Source: a virus. From it: 64,000 nucleotides of DNA. Positions 39,165-48,380 of the stretch are shown in pieces. Made by a program: the position numbers and the translations under genes. The stretch covers positions 32,001 to 96,000 of IMG/VR virus record IMGVR_UViG_3300021079_000001, one strand, 5' to 3'. Positions within the stretch are counted from its first letter, which is position 1. Each line of letters begins with the position of its first letter. Under the pieces are notes generated by a model, which saw only the letters and a list, made by a program, of their open reading frames with translations, was not told the origin of the DNA and ran no database searches.

Positions 39165-39916
39165 ACTGGTTGCTTTATATCTTTGAATATTCTGTCTACT
39201 GCCAATTCCAGATAGGGTACCTTGATGGGTGTGACACTTTCTACTATATACTGGTCATTCTTATCTACCAACATTACCGGGTATCCTATACCATCATAGT
39301 GGGATACTTTCATTTTCACATGCTCTATTACTAATGAATCTACTACCATATGTGGGTTATGGTACTGCAGCATCTTTGCATATAGTGATAGTTGGAGACT
39401 ATAGTGGTTGAGGTTATGATCCTCTAGTGAGAATAATGGTCCCAACATCTTCTTGCCTCTGAATGACTTGCTCTTTATCTCTTTACTGGTTTTATAGTCT
39501 CTTATTATTATCTTATTACCACGCACTTCCAGATAATCTATCTGACCTGCTATTTTGTATTCTGGGTGGTATACTATGAACTCCGGGTATATACCATTCT
39601 GTAGTTCCTGTGGCAGTGACATTTTCACACCATCTACTATTGGACATTGTATACCCTCTACCAGTTCATCCTCACGTAACTTGTGGTACCATGTTCCGAG
39701 TGTAGTTGATCTATCTCTTTCATCCTGCCATATCTTACGTACTTCTGCAGGTACCATACCATACCATTTTCCATCCTCCCGTAATACACAACTCTCTGAT
39801 GCTCTTATCTCATTGAACTTCTCCTTGTATTCCCCCAATAATGTAGTGATACTGGTATATTGTACACCAGCATCATCTACATATTTGTGGTCTTTTTCTG
39901 TGAATGCTACATGCAT
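39161..39916 (-). CDS. PD-(D/E)xK exonuclease (Cas4/RecB-like fold)
   Basis: YTSITTLL, GTWYH, AGQIDYL...IRDYKTS, YSLQLSLY. Confidence 0.85.
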   Translation of the reverse strand: MHVAFTEKDHKYVDDAGVQYTSITTLLGEYKEKFNEIRASESCVLREDGKWYGMVPAEVRKIWQDERDRSTTLGTWYHKLREDELVEGIQCPIVDGVKMSLPQELQNGIYPEFIVYHPEYKIAGQIDYLEVRGNKIIIRDYKTSKEIKSKSFRGKKMLGPLFSLEDHNLNHYSLQLSLYAKMLQYHNPHMVVDSLVIEHVKMKVSHYDGIGYPVMLVDKNDQYIVESVTPIKVPYLELAVDRIFKDIKQPV

Positions 39917-39943
39917 ACCACGAAGGTACTACACATATTAGTA

Positions 39944-40135
39944 TTATACAAGTTGTTGCTTAACTTTGTATATCTTTTCTTTATCTTCCCACTTTTCCAC
40001 CTCACACGCACATGCATCTATTACATGTATTGCATACCTTTTCATTAGACTACGTACCATTTCCGGAGTCCATTCTAATACTCCACTATTCAGGTAGTCT
40101 ATATACTCTACCATAGTTGATGCTGTACTTATCAT
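39944..40135 (-). CDS. Small hypothetical protein (YAxxVIDxC family)
   Basis: MKRYAIHVIDACA...VKQQL. Confidence 0.55.
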   Translation of the reverse strand: MISTASTMVEYIDYLNSGVLEWTPEMVRSLMKRYAIHVIDACACEVEKWEDKEKIYKVKQQLV

Positions 40136-40503
40136 TTCTTACTATTTAGTAGTTCCAGTGCGAATGTGAATGCAGCTACTTCAGCATCTGTACGGCATTT
40201 GTACCACTCAGTCCCTTGTAGTGTTCCTATACCATAGTTCCAGCCACTATCTTCTGTCCAGTGGATGCTGATATATATACCTTCTTTATCGAGTATATCG
40301 TACATCATTCTGGGTGCAGCACCTATACTATTCTGTACTATACTGTCTACAGGTACTGCGCTCATTATCTCTGGTGATAGCTTACCACTCTTGTTGAGCT
40401 CTGTTAATATCTGTTCTTTTATCTTGATGTACGCCTTTGGGTACTGTGTCTTGATGTCTATCATAATGTTTTGTCTTTTACTTTCTGTTTCCATTCCTCC
40501 CAT
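40132..40503 (-). CDS. Hypothetical protein
   Basis: Coupled ORF; YDILDKEGIYI...RTDAEVAAFTFALELL. Confidence 0.6.
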   Translation of the reverse strand: MGGMETESKRQNIMIDIKTQYPKAYIKIKEQILTELNKSGKLSPEIMSAVPVDSIVQNSIGAAPRMMYDILDKEGIYISIHWTEDSGWNYGIGTLQGTEWYKCRTDAEVAAFTFALELLNSKK

Positions 40504-40648
40504 GTTAGGGAACGTTCTTCCATGTCCTTCTTTATCTCTTCGAATAGTTTTGCAGTTAGTCTAGGATCTCCTGCTATACTGTCTAATAGTTCCTCTATGA
40601 ACTTTTTCGGTTCTTTTGTTATCATATTCTACATTGTTATGGTGCCTA

Positions 40649-41227
40649 CTACTGTATTTTAGTTTTTTCTTCTTGTTCTATTAGTGCAATAATCAATGTT
40701 TCTTTATTGAGATCTGGTATTGGCCACACTTCTCCATCTGCAATAGGTTGACCTTCTTTATAATTATTACAATATACCAGTACATTTTCATCCCTATTTA
40801 CTATCCTATATTGTGGGCTAAGTATTTGTTCTGTATTACCCCATTGATCTACCCTTGTTATATACATCATGTAACAACTTATCAATTTGCTGCTAAAGTC
40901 TCCATATTTTCCCTGCAGAAATAGCTCAAAGTCATGTTCATAATCTTGTGGTATTTTTAATACAGCTACATGATAACCTTCATCATGATTATACACATCT
41001 ACCAACACTTGCATGTCATTATATTCACTCATTAAATCATGGAACATATCTTGTTGATTATCTTCCGGATGAAATAGTAATGACAATGTGATATATGAAG
41101 AATCTGCAGGTCTACTGCTATCTCGTAGATAGCATTGTATAAATCCTCCCATTTTTAGGTATGAAGGTGCTATTCCATATATGTCTAATAACATCTTACC
41201 ACTTGTATTCATTTCTTGTTTGCTCAT
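40649..41227 (-). CDS. Hypothetical replication-region protein
   Basis: 192-aa ORF; DFELFLQGKYGDFS. Confidence 0.6.
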   Translation of the reverse strand: MSKQEMNTSGKMLLDIYGIAPSYLKMGGFIQCYLRDSSRPADSSYITLSLLFHPEDNQQDMFHDLMSEYNDMQVLVDVYNHDEGYHVAVLKIPQDYEHDFELFLQGKYGDFSSKLISCYMMYITRVDQWGNTEQILSPQYRIVNRDENVLVYCNNYKEGQPIADGEVWPIPDLNKETLIIALIEQEEKTKIQ

Positions 41228-41395
41228 ATTTATTTCTAGTTTATTAGTTACTTACTCTACCTCTGATTATTTTACATAGCAATGCATCATACTTGACCAG
41301 TATTTGCTTCAACTCTGTAATTTGGGCTACTGTTGCATTGTCTATTTCTTCCATGTCCGGTAGTACTACTGTACGTACTAGTGATTTGTTGTCTG

Positions 41396-41833
41396 TCATA
41401 CTCCGAATTGTTTGTGTGCTTGTTCTGTTCTCTCTATTACCTTGTCTCCTGGATTACTGTCTACGTTCGAGTGACACTGCCAACAGAGCATCATCAGATT
41501 ACTGTACTCATACTTCAGGTGTTCATACCTGTCCAACCCTTTGGGAAGGAGGTGGTGGTGATACAGTGACTTGTTCTCTCCCCATATACCTTCACCACAC
41601 TGCTCACATCTATGGGGCTTTTTCTGCCAATGTTCCTCGAACAGTGCCCACATTCTCATTGTGTCTTCTTTGTTCTGCTGTATCTCCTCTGGAGTCTTTG
41701 GTCGGCTCTTCAGTTTGCTGCCTCTGGTGAGCCTCCCAGTACCCTTGCTGAGTGGTTTACCCTTCTTCAGTGTTCCTGTTCTCTGTAATGGAGTCTTCCT
41801 AGATAGTGCCATTCTGTTGTATATATGCGCCAT
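41396..41833 (-). CDS. HNH/NinG-like nuclease
   Basis: Basic N-terminus (RKTPLQR); CEQCG...HHHLLPK...NLMMLCWQCHS. Confidence 0.7.
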   Translation of the reverse strand: MAHIYNRMALSRKTPLQRTGTLKKGKPLSKGTGRLTRGSKLKSRPKTPEEIQQNKEDTMRMWALFEEHWQKKPHRCEQCGEGIWGENKSLYHHHLLPKGLDRYEHLKYEYSNLMMLCWQCHSNVDSNPGDKVIERTEQAHKQFGV

Positions 41834-42629
41834 TATTGATACTGCGTTGTACCTTCATAGCCAGTTCCTGTATGGTTATCTCTCTGGTCTGTATCTTCCA
41901 TATATCTGCTAGTATCTGTTCCAGTGTGTTGTATACATCGAACTCTCTCATGTCATGTTGTATAGCTTCATCTGCAGGTACTTTCTCCAATAATTCCTTT
42001 CCTAGTTCACTGATATCTACTAGTGGTATGGAGAATTTCCACTCATCAGTTGATTGTACATTACCCATATCTCGGAGCCCTTCCAACTTACTCATATCTG
42101 CTGAACCTGTCATACTGGTAGCTGCTTTGATGAACTTGTCTGTTATTTCCTTCTCTAGTTGGCCGCTGACTTCTGGTACATTCCTCTCTCGTATCTTCTC
42201 TATCTGTTCCTGTAGCAGATCACCACCAACACTCAGGTTACTCACTACTGTATCTACTATAGCATCTGGTACTGGTAGTTGTACTGGTGTAGCATTCTCT
42301 GCTGGCATTGTACCATCTCTCTTCATCTCTGCTACTTTCCTGATCATTGCCTGTGCTACTGTGTCTGGTACTGGTTCATCTACTAGTTGTACTATAGTAT
42401 TATTTGGATACCACACATTATTCTTTCTATCCTCACTGACACATACATATCCAGCTTGTGGTACATCTTCTTCTGTCATCACAGGTCCACCATTCCAGAA
42501 TGTCCCTACCTGTCCATCTATGTAGAACCTTTCCATTCCATGTATATCTCTCAGCTTCACTAACCTCTTTCCCTGCTCATCTGCGTAGTCACTGTTGGAC
42601 TTGTCTGTGTATTCTATACTGTCATTCAT
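41799..42629 (-). CDS. Hypothetical protein
   Basis: 276-aa ORF in the - operon. Confidence 0.55.
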   Translation of the reverse strand: MNDSIEYTDKSNSDYADEQGKRLVKLRDIHGMERFYIDGQVGTFWNGGPVMTEEDVPQAGYVCVSEDRKNNVWYPNNTIVQLVDEPVPDTVAQAMIRKVAEMKRDGTMPAENATPVQLPVPDAIVDTVVSNLSVGGDLLQEQIEKIRERNVPEVSGQLEKEITDKFIKAATSMTGSADMSKLEGLRDMGNVQSTDEWKFSIPLVDISELGKELLEKVPADEAIQHDMREFDVYNTLEQILADIWKIQTREITIQELAMKVQRSINNGAYIQQNGTI

Positions 42630-42885
42630 CTGTTTTCTGTATTAGTTGTTCAAATTGATTACCATGTATCAATGGCTTTTCTTCGTTGTCCTCATAGTGC
42701 TCTTTACTAGATAAATGGTAAAACCCGCATAGAGGGCACATGTATACGTAACTGGTTTCCCTATATGTTCTACGTCTATGAGCACCATTCTGTAGATATT
42801 GGAGATTGGTATATGCCTCTTTCTTCGTATACATCGGCTTACCAATACTACACTTGTGCCTCTCTAGATCTACCCATGGGTCCAT
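42622..42885 (-). CDS. Small Zn-binding hypothetical protein
   Basis: C..GK..Y...EA...VYMCPLCGFYHLSS. Confidence 0.6.
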   Translation of the reverse strand: MDPWVDLERHKCSIGKPMYTKKEAYTNLQYLQNGAHRRRTYRETSYVYMCPLCGFYHLSSKEHYEDNEEKPLIHGNQFEQLIQKTDE

Positions 42886-42886
42886 A

Positions 42887-43918
42887 TCATTGTTTTGTCT
42901 CTGGTTGTAACTTCGATATTACTATACCCTGTATATCAATATATAGGTCCTCATTATCTCGCATAAATTGCAATAGATTATCAAATCCCTGTGCTACTTT
43001 CTGGTCATTGTAACTGTACCAACTACCCGATCTCTCGAATATTCCTAGTTCCTCAGCCATATTCACTGTCTCTTTGAACTTATCTATACCCTCACCGAAC
43101 AATATATCGAATTTGTGCTCTCTATATGGTGGGAACATTTTGTTCTTGATTGTTTTGAACTTTGTCTCATTACCGGGCTTCAATTCTCCATCTGGGGCTT
43201 TGATTAATGTTTTACTGACTTGTGCTCTAACATCTGCTGTAAATTTCAAACAATGTCCTCCCTGGGTAGTAGTAGGGTCTCCAAACATTTGCCCTATTTT
43301 TTCTCTATACTGACTAACTACTATTATAGCACAATTGTTGTTATGGGCTGCTATTTTCAATTTCGGGTAACTAGTGCTATTCAATGATGCTTTCTTGCCT
43401 ATCTTGGATTGTTCTCCCACTGCAGCCTCCATCACTATTTTCGGTATTAGCCCACTATCACTGTCTAGTACACATAGAGCTATTTCTCCTGTATTGATCA
43501 ATTCCTCTGCTATATTGAAACCTTCTTCACCATATGATGGCTGATTCAGTAGTAATGCATCTGTATCTACTCCTAATTTCCGGAAGTAATTCATATCTAC
43601 AGCATGTTCACTATCTATGCAAAGTACTTTCTTATCTGGATATGCTTTCTGACAATTAGCTATTAATGTTCCACATAGTGTTGATTTTCCAGTACCTTCC
43701 CACCCCATGAATTCATACATTTTGCCTAGAACTATACCACCTACACCTAAAACTACATAATCCATACCGAGAGAACCTGTACTGATTACATTGTATATAC
43801 CACTTTCTTTCTTTCCCATAGATATAACAGAACCTGCACCATATGCCTTGTTCAATCTACTCATTGTTTCCTCTAACTTTGATAACTTTTCTTCTCCTTC
43901 TTTTTTTACCTTGGCCAT
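42887..43918 (-). CDS. recA: RecA-family recombinase
   Basis: ISTGSLGMD, Walker A GWEGTGKST, IDSEHA, QYREKIGQMFGDP.TT.GG..LKF, KNK..PP, GSWYSY. Confidence 0.95.
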   Translation of the reverse strand: MAKVKKEGEEKLSKLEETMSRLNKAYGAGSVISMGKKESGIYNVISTGSLGMDYVVLGVGGIVLGKMYEFMGWEGTGKSTLCGTLIANCQKAYPDKKVLCIDSEHAVDMNYFRKLGVDTDALLLNQPSYGEEGFNIAEELINTGEIALCVLDSDSGLIPKIVMEAAVGEQSKIGKKASLNSTSYPKLKIAAHNNNCAIIVVSQYREKIGQMFGDPTTTQGGHCLKFTADVRAQVSKTLIKAPDGELKPGNETKFKTIKNKMFPPYREHKFDILFGEGIDKFKETVNMAEELGIFERSGSWYSYNDQKVAQGFDNLLQFMRDNEDLYIDIQGIVISKLQPETKQ

Positions 43919-43921
43919 ATT

Positions 43922-44377
43922 CTATTGTTGTTGTGTGATTTTATTTGCTCTGTTCTCCTGGTATAGTCGTAGTATCTCTTGCTTACAATGGTCAGAAAAT
44001 GCTTTGTATTTGGCTCTATAGGTTCTGTCTACTTTGCAATAGTCTTTCAGTTTCTGCAGTGAGTAGCCTACTGTAGTGTGGTCCTTATCTCCTAGTATCT
44101 GCGCTATTTCTTCGAATGTGATCTTGTATATTCTCATTACACCTGCTATCATACGTCTGGCATCTACCAGATCTGTTTTCCTGGATTTGCTAGTTATCTG
44201 CTGTACTGGTATCTCTATGTACTCTGCTGCTATCTGTAATACATTCTTCCTGCATATGGATTTACATCTGGACGGTTGTATTTTCCCCTGCTCCATACAC
44301 TTGAGAGCTACACCTGTACGTATTCTATATTCCTTGCAGTAAAATGCTCTCAACTCACTACGTTCTTCTGTTGTCAT
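43922..44377 (-). CDS. Stand-alone DnaA domain IV (DnaA-box-binding HTH) protein
   Basis: SKSRKTDLVDARRM...FEEIAQILGDKDHTTV.YS. Confidence 0.8.
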   Translation of the reverse strand: MTTEERSELRAFYCKEYRIRTGVALKCMEQGKIQPSRCKSICRKNVLQIAAEYIEIPVQQITSKSRKTDLVDARRMIAGVMRIYKITFEEIAQILGDKDHTTVGYSLQKLKDYCKVDRTYRAKYKAFSDHCKQEILRLYQENRANKITQQQ

Positions 44378-44602
44378 CTACTCTATTTTGCTGTGTTCAT
44401 ACACCCATACCATACTATCAGTTCTATTTGTATATAACAGTATCTGTATAGTACTATCTTGTACTGCATCATTCTCCTGTAGCCGTATCAGGGCCTTCTC
44501 CAGTGTGTTCATCCTGCAGTGTTCATTCCATTGACTGATAGCTGTGAGTAGTGACAATGTTCCTACTACTATCAGTACTTTGATTATCCAGTGGTGCTTC
44601 AT
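44378..44602 (-). CDS. Small membrane protein
   Basis: N-terminal TM; A/C-rich leader. Confidence 0.5.
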   Translation of the reverse strand: MKHHWIIKVLIVVGTLSLLTAISQWNEHCRMNTLEKALIRLQENDAVQDSTIQILLYTNRTDSMVWVYEHSKIE

Positions 44603-44624
44603 ATTGTGTGTGTTTGTTGTTTAT

Positions 44625-44828
44625 TTATTCCTTCACTAGTTCTATTTCCATATTCCAGTGTGCTCCCCACATTGTTCTACCATTCTCATCGTACATATCT
44701 CTATGTGTTTGTCCGGGTTCTATGTACCATATACTCCTTTCATCTACATCTCTAGTCTCCATGTGCCACACCTCATTCTGGTTGTGGATAGTGAACCTCT
44801 GACCGTCTTCTACATCTTTGGGTGTCAT
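44625..44828 (-). CDS. Hypothetical protein
   Basis: Coupled ORF. Confidence 0.5.
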   Translation of the reverse strand: MTPKDVEDGQRFTIHNQNEVWHMETRDVDERSIWYIEPGQTHRDMYDENGRTMWGAHWNMEIELVKE

Positions 44829-44979
44829 ACTATCTCATTGATTGTTCTTGGATATTTGTATAGTTCACAGTTCAGGTATAGAGCATCATCCAGTGTACTT
44901 GCTACCAACTCATGTAGTTCTGCATCTGCTCTCTCATGTGCATCTGCTATCTGCTTGTACAGTTCTTTTACTCTCTGTA

Positions 44980-45225
44980 TCATAGTTGTTGCTTTACTCG
45001 TTCTATAGATTCTCTATCTACATGTATACTTTCATCATCATCTACTTCATACCATGTGAGTGATACCTGCTGTTTTCCTCCATATCCATGTTTATCTATC
45101 ATGATATTCGCCTTCATAGCACACTCATCTATTATCTCCTCTGCCCATGCTTTCAGTATTGGCTCATATGAACCTTTGTGAGCACCATACCGCATACTCT
45201 TGATTACTTTTTCTATTGATTTCAT
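44980..45225 (-). CDS. Small hypothetical protein (YAxxVIDxC family)
   Basis: WAEEIIDECA...VDRESIERVKQQL. Confidence 0.55.
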   Translation of the reverse strand: MKSIEKVIKSMRYGAHKGSYEPILKAWAEEIIDECAMKANIMIDKHGYGGKQQVSLTWYEVDDDESIHVDRESIERVKQQL

Positions 45226-45234
45226 ATTTATCTA

Positions 45235-45501
45235 CTATTTTACCAGTTTCACACTATATACCCAACATTGTTCTACTTTCTGAGTCTTTGTTATTTTTCT
45301 CCACCAGTTTACTAATTTCCATCTGGAATATGCTATACTTATTTTCTGTTGTGGCTCATCTGATAACACTTGCAGTTTGACACCACAGTCTACTATATCT
45401 CCGGTAGTGAGTTCTTTCTTATTCATATCTAACTGGAATGGTTGTCCATCTATTCCTATACCTACTTTCATTTTCTTTTTCATATCATTCTGTTTCTTCA
45501 T
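45235..45501 (-). CDS. Hypothetical protein
   Basis: ORF with A/C-rich leader. Confidence 0.5.
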   Translation of the reverse strand: MKKQNDMKKKMKVGIGIDGQPFQLDMNKKELTTGDIVDCGVKLQVLSDEPQQKISIAYSRWKLVNWWRKITKTQKVEQCWVYSVKLVK

Positions 45502-45532
45502 TGTCTGTTTGTTGTTCTTTTTACCTTGTTAT

Positions 45533-46642
45533 CTATATCCGTGACCCATAGTCTAGTCGTAACTGTATATATCCATTGTTCTTCCATACATCATATGGAG
45601 TACTCCAGTCACCGGTACTGATGTGCCATGCAATTTCCTGCAGTAGTGTATCTACTCCCTTGTACCTCTTTCCACGCAGTCTGAACCCCCTTCCTGCCCT
45701 CTCTATATCATCCATGGATAGTTGCAGGATCGTAGGTGCTGAGAACCCCTGTGTATCACAGAATATGAACTCCATGGGTTTTATCACATACTCTCCTAAC
45801 CCACTTTCCTTTGCCCAGTACATAACTGCTTGACAGTACATCCATGCCTGGATATAGTACCCGAACTTCACATATGCATACTCCGGATTCTCATTATCCC
45901 ATGATGTTTTCCAGTCATATGTACATATCTCCTTCTTATCGTGATGAATTATCAGCTTATCGACCATGCTCTTGCATTCTACACCATCTATCATGAACAT
46001 GATCGGCCATTCATTGTAGACTTCCATATCATGAGATTCCTGCATATTGGCTATACTGGCTGTATACGGATGCTCTTTGATTTTCTGTACTATCTTCTCT
46101 GCTGTCTCTATATTACCTACACTGACTATCTGCTTACCCACACACTCTATCTTCTCCTTGTACCATTGTTCTGGAGTAACTCCCTTCTTGTCTGTAGTGG
46201 TGAATAGTGCAATGATCTGTTCCAGGTTCTTTCCTACGAACTTCACTTCTTTCATGTTATAGTCATACTTCACACTATTGACTGCATCTGTGAACAATGT
46301 TTCGAACTTGTCTTTCTGCACACCATCACTAATGGATTTCAGTGCTCTACTGTACAGGGCCTCACATAATTCCAGCATCTGTCCTGTAGGTTCCGGTGCA
46401 CTAGCTATATGGAATTTCTCATCGAATGATTGTGGGAGAGAGAGTAGCAGATGCACCATACTACCCATGATTGTGGCTATTGTTTCCTTTTCCCTTCTTG
46501 GTTCCCCCAGTACATATTCCTGATAGAATTTCCTCCTGTCAGTGTCGAATGTTTTGATGCTACTGTAGCTGAGTCGATCTTTGATTGCTCTGTAGTGGTT
46601 CTCTGATATTCTGCTATCTGTAACTTTCTTACCTATGTTCAT
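45533..46642 (-). CDS. PD-(D/E)xK exonuclease (RecE/ExoVIII-like)
   Basis: LSYSSIKTF, GSMVH, CKSMVDKL...YDWKTS, YYIQAWMY. Confidence 0.85.
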   Translation of the reverse strand: MNIGKKVTDSRISENHYRAIKDRLSYSSIKTFDTDRRKFYQEYVLGEPRREKETIATIMGSMVHLLLSLPQSFDEKFHIASAPEPTGQMLELCEALYSRALKSISDGVQKDKFETLFTDAVNSVKYDYNMKEVKFVGKNLEQIIALFTTTDKKGVTPEQWYKEKIECVGKQIVSVGNIETAEKIVQKIKEHPYTASIANMQESHDMEVYNEWPIMFMIDGVECKSMVDKLIIHHDKKEICTYDWKTSWDNENPEYAYVKFGYYIQAWMYCQAVMYWAKESGLGEYVIKPMEFIFCDTQGFSAPTILQLSMDDIERAGRGFRLRGKRYKGVDTLLQEIAWHISTGDWSTPYDVWKNNGYIQLRLDYGSRI

Positions 46643-47178
46643 TGTATGTTCTTTTTGGTTCTTGGTTTCCGTGGTGTACTCCTCATCTTCTCTTTGTGCT
46701 CATTGTACAGGTGTCTATCAGTATCATACCTGTACAGACTACCGTTGATGTTGTTGTTGTACGTTCTATTCTCTAGCACATTGTACTGGAATTGGTACTT
46801 CAGTTCGAGGTATGTGGCATTCTTCTTGCTGTAGCACCATTCCAGCACTTGTCTAGTGAATTGTTCCGGATACTGTTTCTGGTCCTCTATGAGCTCTTTG
46901 CAGCTTCCCCAGTACTCTGGCCAGTTGCTCTGTTTCACTGTAGTCTCGTATGTCTTCCTGGTACCACTTGCTTTTTTTGCTCGTACTCCTATCTTCTTTC
47001 GTCTGGTACTGGTGAGCATCTTCTTACCTATATATACCTGTACCTGATGACCTTTCATATCATCCCACCACATACGGGTTATCTTGTACACCATAGCTAC
47101 TGCCCATTCCGGTACTACTTCTGGTGTTATCCATTCACCACACCATGTCCATGGTACTTCTTGCCTAGTACTTTCCAT
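46639..47178 (-). CDS. GIY-YIG-fold nuclease (short type, no homing modules)
   Basis: MVYKIT...YIGKK...WPEYWGS...YLELKYQF...YNNNI. Confidence 0.75.
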   Translation of the reverse strand: MESTRQEVPWTWCGEWITPEVVPEWAVAMVYKITRMWWDDMKGHQVQVYIGKKMLTSTRRKKIGVRAKKASGTRKTYETTVKQSNWPEYWGSCKELIEDQKQYPEQFTRQVLEWCYSKKNATYLELKYQFQYNVLENRTYNNNINGSLYRYDTDRHLYNEHKEKMRSTPRKPRTKKNIQ

Positions 47179-47428
47179 CTTTCTGTAGGTTTATCGCTGT
47201 TTCTATATCCTGTTGTTTCACCTTCACTACCTTCTTCAGTAACACTTCACTGTATCTGCTGGAGAGTACCTGTAGTACTTCTTTCGTGATACCTGCATAC
47301 TCTTCTACACTGGCAGGAGGTTCACCCATCTTGACTTCATGAAGGTACTTCACTATCTCCATAGCCAACTGAGTGAACACTCCTGTCTTCATCATTTTGA
47401 TCTTCTTCTTTGCTTCTACTGGTGTCAT
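47165..47428 (-). CDS. Hypothetical protein
   Basis: Coupled ORF. Confidence 0.5.
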   Translation of the reverse strand: MTPVEAKKKIKMMKTGVFTQLAMEIVKYLHEVKMGEPPASVEEYAGITKEVLQVLSSRYSEVLLKKVVKVKQQDIETAINLQKDGKY

Positions 47429-47432
47429 ATTA

Positions 47433-48380
47433 TTACCATTTTCCTTCTGGAAACAGTTCTGCAGGTTTTTTGGTATGTACCTCTTTCATACAATGCTCCA
47501 TACATGTATCACATATCATCTCTGTTTCATCTATTATTTTGTATTCATTACATCCCCAACAGTGGTCCATATACTTGTCTCCAGTTTCTGTCCACTTGTA
47601 TTCTCCATATCCTGCATATCGGTCATTGTAATCACGATCTATTTCATATCGGTCATTGACTCTTTCCAGTATATGCAGTACCATCTTCTTACACCTTTCA
47701 TAGTCTTCCAGCACAATATACTCATTTTCTGAGTGAGGGTTGTAGTATCCGCATTCTATGTTGGCACATGCTACCTGGAGACCGTTACACACTAATTGAT
47801 ATACATCTGTAAACATACCACTCACTGTGGCATACCCATAAGTATCTATAATAGGCCCTACAGCTTCCTCAAATGCCTCATCGAACATGATCTCACCGTA
47901 TATCTCCTGTACAAACCCTGAGTTACCTTTTCTGTCACACTGAAGTACATAGTTACAATTATCAAACCATTCCATATCTGCCTCTTGTGAGCCTAAGCCA
48001 CCCACTTCTTCATCACGAAAGAATGCAACTTTCAATACATCTAACTGCATCAATGCCTGAAGACATATTGCTATACCGCACTTGTCATCTCCACCTATAC
48101 CTGTAGCTTTTCCTTTTCCTTTATCATACGCAAACACACGATCTTCCATCTGCACTACTTTGTAGTCTTTCTTGGCTATAATCCTATGTACTGTGTCTGT
48201 ATGTGATACTATGCAGTTGTATGCATCTGCTACACCCTTTGTCACGTATATATTCCCATTGTCTTCATGCACTACACACCCGGGTATAGTTTTCACTATT
48301 CCCCGGATGGTCTTGTGCATTTCTTTACTGTTGTATGTTTCTGATTGTGTCCACAGTATCTGTTCTAGTATTTTATCCAT
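47433..48380 (-). CDS. M28/M20-family zinc peptidase
   Basis: SHTDTVH, GGDDKCG, RDEEVG, QCDR, GYYNPHSENE. Confidence 0.85.
   Translation of the reverse strand: MDKILEQILWTQSETYNSKEMHKTIRGIVKTIPGCVVHEDNGNIYVTKGVADAYNCIVSHTDTVHRIIAKKDYKVVQMEDRVFAYDKGKGKATGIGGDDKCGIAICLQALMQLDVLKVAFFRDEEVGGLGSQEADMEWFDNCNYVLQCDRKGNSGFVQEIYGEIMFDEAFEEAVGPIIDTYGYATVSGMFTDVYQLVCNGLQVACANIECGYYNPHSENEYIVLEDYERCKKMVLHILERVNDRYEIDRDYNDRYAGYGEYKWTETGDKYMDHCWGCNEYKIIDETEMICDTCMEHCMKEVHTKKPAELFPEGKW

Noticed and set aside
39161-39916. CRISPR-Cas system suggested by the Cas4-like nuclease
   Set aside because: No repeat-spacer array or other cas genes seen; such nucleases are common in phage replication modules.
46639-47178. 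Sixth intact homing endonuclease
   Set aside because: Short GIY-YIG without DNA-binding modules, structured leader or tail duplication, and with core-like composition; more likely a resident nuclease.
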